From: Patescibacteria group bacterium UBA926 | GTDB taxonomy: Bacteria; Patescibacteriota; Doudnabacteria; UBA920 | Assembly (NCBI GenBank): GCA_002293685.1 | Contig: DBDS01000006.1 | Location: forward strand, 180,909-244,908 | Direction of reading: 5' to 3' | Length of the DNA: 64,000 nucleotides | In this document: positions 60,034 through 64,000 of the stretch, one piece after another | Layout of the letters: each line of letters opens with the position of its first letter | Numbering within the stretch: the first letter of the stretch is position 1 | The notes under the pieces: model-generated | Seen by the model: only the letters and a program-made list of their open reading frames with translations | Told to the model about the DNA's origin: nothing | Database searches by the model: none | Position numbers and translations under genes: made by a program

Positions 60034-60642
60034 CTATTCAGGTTTCAATTCGGCTTTCACAATGTATCTTTGCAGTGCCGTACCAATTGGATACGACGTC
60101 TGTAATGTTAGAATCTTTTTCCCTTTGGTATCTTGATCTAATAAATATGTGGCAGTATTCTCTGCTACAAACTTTTCGTAAACTATATATTTGAATTGCT
60201 CTGCTCTTTCGTTGGTAACAATAATCTCGGCACCAATTTCAACTTTTGGGAGCAATGCAAACACAGTTTTATAATCTCCTTTTGCAAATGCATAATCGGA
60301 AGAGTGGCCAAAGATATATGTGTTCCCGACCACACCTACAGGAGCTGTTCCCGGGTAAAGCACTACACCTCTCTGCAAGGCAGGTTGGAAGATTTCCTCC
60401 CCTACTCCATCAATGAATATAATCGGCGCGCGAATGTCTAATGTTGGAATATATAACTCATTGGCCTCCGAAACAATCTTCATTTCATCTCGTCGAATTT
60501 CTCTCTGAACCTCAGTTACGAATATTCGGTTTATATAATATCTAACTTGTTGATTAAAGTAATCAAAATTTAATAACACAAAACCAATCACCAATATACC
60601 GATAATGCCGAGAAGGATTTTTAAAATTTTACTTGGGACCAT
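60034..60642 (-). CDS. sortase-family protein with Ser in place of the catalytic Cys (TLQTSYP)
   Basis: N-terminal TM, sortase beta-barrel motifs LYIPTLDI, GNTYIFGH, LTLQTSYP, downstream conserved Arg; codon TCG confirmed on minus strand. Confidence 0.6.
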   Translation of the reverse strand: MVPSKILKILLGIIGILVIGFVLLNFDYFNQQVRYYINRIFVTEVQREIRRDEMKIVSEANELYIPTLDIRAPIIFIDGVGEEIFQPALQRGVVLYPGTAPVGVVGNTYIFGHSSDYAFAKGDYKTVFALLPKVEIGAEIIVTNERAEQFKYIVYEKFVAENTATYLLDQDTKGKKILTLQTSYPIGTALQRYIVKAELKPE

Positions 60643-60694
60643 ATATTTGTATTTATATTATATCACCTATTATTGCGGATCATGTGAGACCAAA

Positions 60695-60731
60695 AGAAAA
60701 GAACCCTATTCTTTCGAACAGGGTTCTTTTA
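60695..60731 (-). terminator. terminator downstream of LPXTG protein gene
   Basis: agaaccct attctttcgaac agggttctttt. Confidence 0.6.
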
Positions 60732-60737
60732 GATATT

Positions 60738-63700
60738 CTAGTCAGCTTTAGCGATTGAAAGTTTTGGAAGAATAATAATTCCCAAAATTGCAATGAAGCT
60801 AAATACTATTGATAACGGAGTTCCAGTTCTTGGAAGAGTTGTAACTTCTCCTAGAACTTGAGGATTCTCGTATGGAAGACCAGTAGAATCACCAGCTACA
60901 CGACCTTCATCTGGATTTGGAATTCGTGTTCCAGAGGAGCCACCGCCACCCGGGTTTCCACCACGGTCAGTTGGGTAGTTACCGAAATCTAGACCAGAGA
61001 CAGTGTAAACAATTTCAGCATGAGCAGTCTTGATTAAGCCATCCCAGAAACTAACATCTTCACCACTAGGGACTAGCTCAACCAAACCGTTTACTGCACC
61101 GGGACATGTTTCAAAAGGAACGCCCAAAGCTACAATGTACTCATTAGGAGCAGGAACTGGTTCTGTGATTTCCCAACCAGACTGCAAAACTTCACGAACA
61201 GTATGACAACCGGCTGGAAGGTTTAGAAGTTCATAATTTCCATTCACATCACTAGCACCAGATGGTTCTTCACCATCCAAAGAATCGTTGTTGTTTAAGT
61301 CGATGTATGCGATCCAGTTTTCGAGACCTAGATCAGGATCCTCGACATCATAATCACCATCATTATTTACATCATGGTAGATAGCACCCCTAATATTGTA
61401 ACCGTTTGGTTCAGTTGGGGTATCATCCTCACTGTTAACAAAATTGTATGGACCTTTGATGCCGTCAATTTGTTTATCTAAGGTCACCGAATGAAAACCT
61501 TCTGGAGAAACCTGAGTCCAACCGCTTTGATTTACTTCACGAACTTGGTAAGTACCAGTCGGTAAGTTAGCAAAAAAGTAGTTGCCTTCTGAATCTGTTA
61601 CGTCATAAGGTTCGCCATCATCTAGCGCGCCATTTTGATTCAAATCAACATAGATTGTCCAGCCAGAAGCATTGGCTTCTGTGTTTTGAACTTGCTTCTG
61701 TCCATAAATTCCATTACCACAAGTCGGCAATCCATCTTTCTTAATCAACCCGAGAATGAAGCCAATTAACTTTCCAAACTTAGAATCATACTTAAAGTCT
61801 TTTACAGTACATACCGGGTAGTTTCCAAAATCTTTATTCTTATGGTTCTTACCTGCGTCTAGAGTGTGAACAATGGTATTTGGAGCGCTTTGCATCCAAC
61901 CAGTTTTATGTTCTTCAGCAATTACTAACTCGCCTTCTAAGCCAGTGATATCAAATTCGTATTGACCCCAAATATTTGTATAATCAACATCAAGAATTTC
62001 ATAAATAGTAACTTCTAGTTCACCTGTATTGTTTGAACCAAAGGTGTCGTAAATCTGGAAGTCAGCTGGAGTTCCATCACCTGTGATTGTTGTCCAATAA
62101 GTGTGAGCAGAATTATACATTCCCCAATTTGGTGAAGAACCATCGATTTGAAGATCTAAGAGAGTTGGGCCGTAAACTTCATAGTTCTGAACTAAGTCAG
62201 TCCAGTAACCACTACTATTACGTTCTGAGTACTGAGCATCTGCTTCTATTCCATCACCGGCATCAAATGTACCAGTAACCTTCACCATGTAATCAACTGT
62301 GCTTGTTAAAGCACTAGAGCTCACTACTGGAGTATTCAAGGCAGTAACGTCAAAAGTTTCGACTTGCTTCATTAGATAAATCTTCCAGTTCCAGATTCCG
62401 TGTTCGAAGATTCCATTCTTTTTGCCGTTCTTGTTTAAATCTTTGTATTTCATACCAGAAACTTTAAATTCTGGTTCATTACAAAGCACAAGACTGACCT
62501 GAACTCCATCTACATCATAACCGTCAGTAGCATTATTGAATTTAGAGCTTGTCTTATCAGAAACATCTGTAAGTTTGATGTACTTGGCGTACTGAACAGC
62601 ACCCATTTCAACATTACGTTGTGTCTGGAAGTAGTCACCCAAATCTGTCCAAGGACCCGCCATAGACATAGCTACTTTAACATTCACCTTCTCAGGATAA
62701 TTTGCATCGGAAGGGCTACCAAAGCTTGTTTCAACAAGTTTAATATCTGTACCAGGAACATTTTGGAAGACTCCACCGAAAGATAGAATGATGCTTCCAC
62801 CGAATCCAAGGGATACAAAGTTAAGAGTATCGTTATCTTCTGCTTCGCCAAGAGCTTTGGTAGGGTCGCTACGTTCAGCTAACACAGGAGTCACTACTGG
62901 ATTCTTTTGATTTCCCTGTTTAAATTCATGATAAGCAGTAGCCCAAGCAGGACCATCTTTACAAGGCTCTGGTTCGCAAGCAGTTGTACACTTGTTTACT
63001 AAGGTGAATTTGGTGGTCTGAGCATTTACTTCTTTTTCACCGGCACCAGAGACATATTCCCAACCTTCCTTCATGATTTCATCTAAGTAGTAATCACCAA
63101 AAGGAACATTCTTAATAGTTACACAACCGTTCTCACCAGTTGTTCCCTTATAGATTGGAAAAATATCTACGGTTAGGAAACCAGAATTATCGCCGTAGTA
63201 GCTATCTAAAATCCTGAAGTCAATTTCATCACCGGCTATTAAAGTCTTGCTGGATGAATATTTATGGTTTACTAAATTCAACGGACCCCAGTTTGGATTC
63301 ACTCCGTCTACTTGAATTCCTAAGTAACCAGCCCATTCACCTGGCAAAGAATTTACATTGATCCAAGGGTTCTCGGCTGTCGCACCGAATTCTCCTGGTT
63401 CACGCTTTGTATAACCAGCATCACTGATGTCACCTGAACTTCCCGGTCGATAAACGTAAGTTCCGCTTGCTTCCAAAACATAATCACCAGCAGGTAACAC
63501 ATCAGAAGAATAAATAGTTCCATCCGGGTAAACCTTAACTGAATCAACTTCTTCACCCTTCAAGAATACTTCCCAACCTGGTAGAGGTTGCTGGGTTTTA
63601 TAATCAATCTTACATACTTCAATATCGGTCGCACAGTCTTCTTTAACAGAAACGTCATCTAAGAAACCGCCGAAAGAATCTCCAGGACCCACATCTTCAA

Positions 63701-63881
63701 ACTGGACTCGTGTTGTGGTCGAGCTTGCGATAAAGCTAAATGTGTATTCTGTCCAAACTGTTGCATCACCAGAATTCGGGATCGCTGTGGAATTCACAGT
63801 AACATCAAGATCACCTGCAGTTACTTTAATTGCATTGTTTGCAGCAACCTGACCTGGACGTGGGGATGCAGCGAAAGTCAA
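60738..63881 (-). CDS. large cell-surface protein with Cna-B/SdrD-B-like repeats and C-terminal LPRTG sorting signal (TTG start, N-terminus uncertain)
   Basis: C-terminal LPRTG + hydrophobic helix + KLSIAKAD tail; repeated GxYxV-E...GW modules. Confidence 0.6.
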   Translation of the reverse strand: MTFAASPRPGQVAANNAIKVTAGDLDVTVNSTAIPNSGDATVWTEYTFSFIASSTTTRVQFEDVGPGDSFGGFLDDVSVKEDCATDIEVCKIDYKTQQPLPGWEVFLKGEEVDSVKVYPDGTIYSSDVLPAGDYVLEASGTYVYRPGSSGDISDAGYTKREPGEFGATAENPWINVNSLPGEWAGYLGIQVDGVNPNWGPLNLVNHKYSSSKTLIAGDEIDFRILDSYYGDNSGFLTVDIFPIYKGTTGENGCVTIKNVPFGDYYLDEIMKEGWEYVSGAGEKEVNAQTTKFTLVNKCTTACEPEPCKDGPAWATAYHEFKQGNQKNPVVTPVLAERSDPTKALGEAEDNDTLNFVSLGFGGSIILSFGGVFQNVPGTDIKLVETSFGSPSDANYPEKVNVKVAMSMAGPWTDLGDYFQTQRNVEMGAVQYAKYIKLTDVSDKTSSKFNNATDGYDVDGVQVSLVLCNEPEFKVSGMKYKDLNKNGKKNGIFEHGIWNWKIYLMKQVETFDVTALNTPVVSSSALTSTVDYMVKVTGTFDAGDGIEADAQYSERNSSGYWTDLVQNYEVYGPTLLDLQIDGSSPNWGMYNSAHTYWTTITGDGTPADFQIYDTFGSNNTGELEVTIYEILDVDYTNIWGQYEFDITGLEGELVIAEEHKTGWMQSAPNTIVHTLDAGKNHKNKDFGNYPVCTVKDFKYDSKFGKLIGFILGLIKKDGLPTCGNGIYGQKQVQNTEANASGWTIYVDLNQNGALDDGEPYDVTDSEGNYFFANLPTGTYQVREVNQSGWTQVSPEGFHSVTLDKQIDGIKGPYNFVNSEDDTPTEPNGYNIRGAIYHDVNNDGDYDVEDPDLGLENWIAYIDLNNNDSLDGEEPSGASDVNGNYELLNLPAGCHTVREVLQSGWEITEPVPAPNEYIVALGVPFETCPGAVNGLVELVPSGEDVSFWDGLIKTAHAEIVYTVSGLDFGNYPTDRGGNPGGGGSSGTRIPNPDEGRVAGDSTGLPYENPQVLGEVTTLPRTGTPLSIVFSFIAILGIIILPKLSIAKAD

Positions 63882-64000
63882 AGTGTACTTCTTTCCGGCA
63901 GTTGTTGGAATATCTTGGTATAACTTTATTGATGCGTCTTCACCACTCTGTTTGATAGTTGGACCTTCCCAATCTGAATCTAATTCGGTGTACTAAGAAC

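Overview
This 64-kb window comes from an AT-rich bacterium with a small, compact genome. Short GC-rich hairpin repeats stand out against that AT-rich background.

The coding content is mostly housekeeping genes:
- recombination and DNA genes: a 5'-truncated rmuC fragment, a UvrD/PcrA-like helicase fused to a PD-(D/E)XK nuclease, gyrB and hup (HU);
- the secE-nusG-rplK-rplA ribosomal cluster, plus rplI-pyrG and rpmA;
- a dcd-tmk-thyA-folA thymidylate cluster;
- pheS, gltX, prfB (RF2), ftsE-ftsX, a NifS/IscS-type cysteine desulfurase, and def-fmt.

All ORFs read through in genetic code 11 with TGA as stop, and RF2 is present, so the standard code applies.

Several traits point to a reduced organism with a Gram-positive-type envelope. 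These are a sortase-like gene next to an LPXTG surface protein, many peptidoglycan hydrolases, and a PheRS with a dismantled beta subunit. A Patescibacteria/CPR-like lineage is a reasonable guess, but it cannot be proven from this window.

Five accessory or unusual regions are present:
- 30.3-35.1 kb holds a co-oriented cluster of cell-wall hydrolases (M15, SLT, M23) plus a DsbA-like gene. Two paralogs there share a novel N-terminal double-transmembrane, Cys-containing module.
- 48.2-58.9 kb is an island of unusual enzymes. It contains a GAMT/RMT2-like methyltransferase, a pyruvoyl AdoMet decarboxylase, a GCS2 carboxylate-amine ligase with a C26 gamma-glutamyl hydrolase, and a LOG-like protein. 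It also holds an IDO-like heme dioxygenase, a Ham1-like protein, a GHMP kinase, a P-loop kinase, a TrmB regulator, a fold-II PLP enzyme and an orphan receiver.
- 60.0-63.9 kb carries a sortase-like protein whose catalytic Cys is replaced by Ser, beside a giant LPRTG-anchored adhesin.
- An abundant family of GC-rich hairpin repeats (REP/MITE-like) occupies many intergenic regions. One copy is inserted in-frame inside the helicase gene.
- A 200-bp convergent intergenic region near 30.0 kb contains three perfect palindromes.

No rRNA or CRISPR array was found. No canonical tRNA could be confirmed, and one tRNA-like element is noted below.
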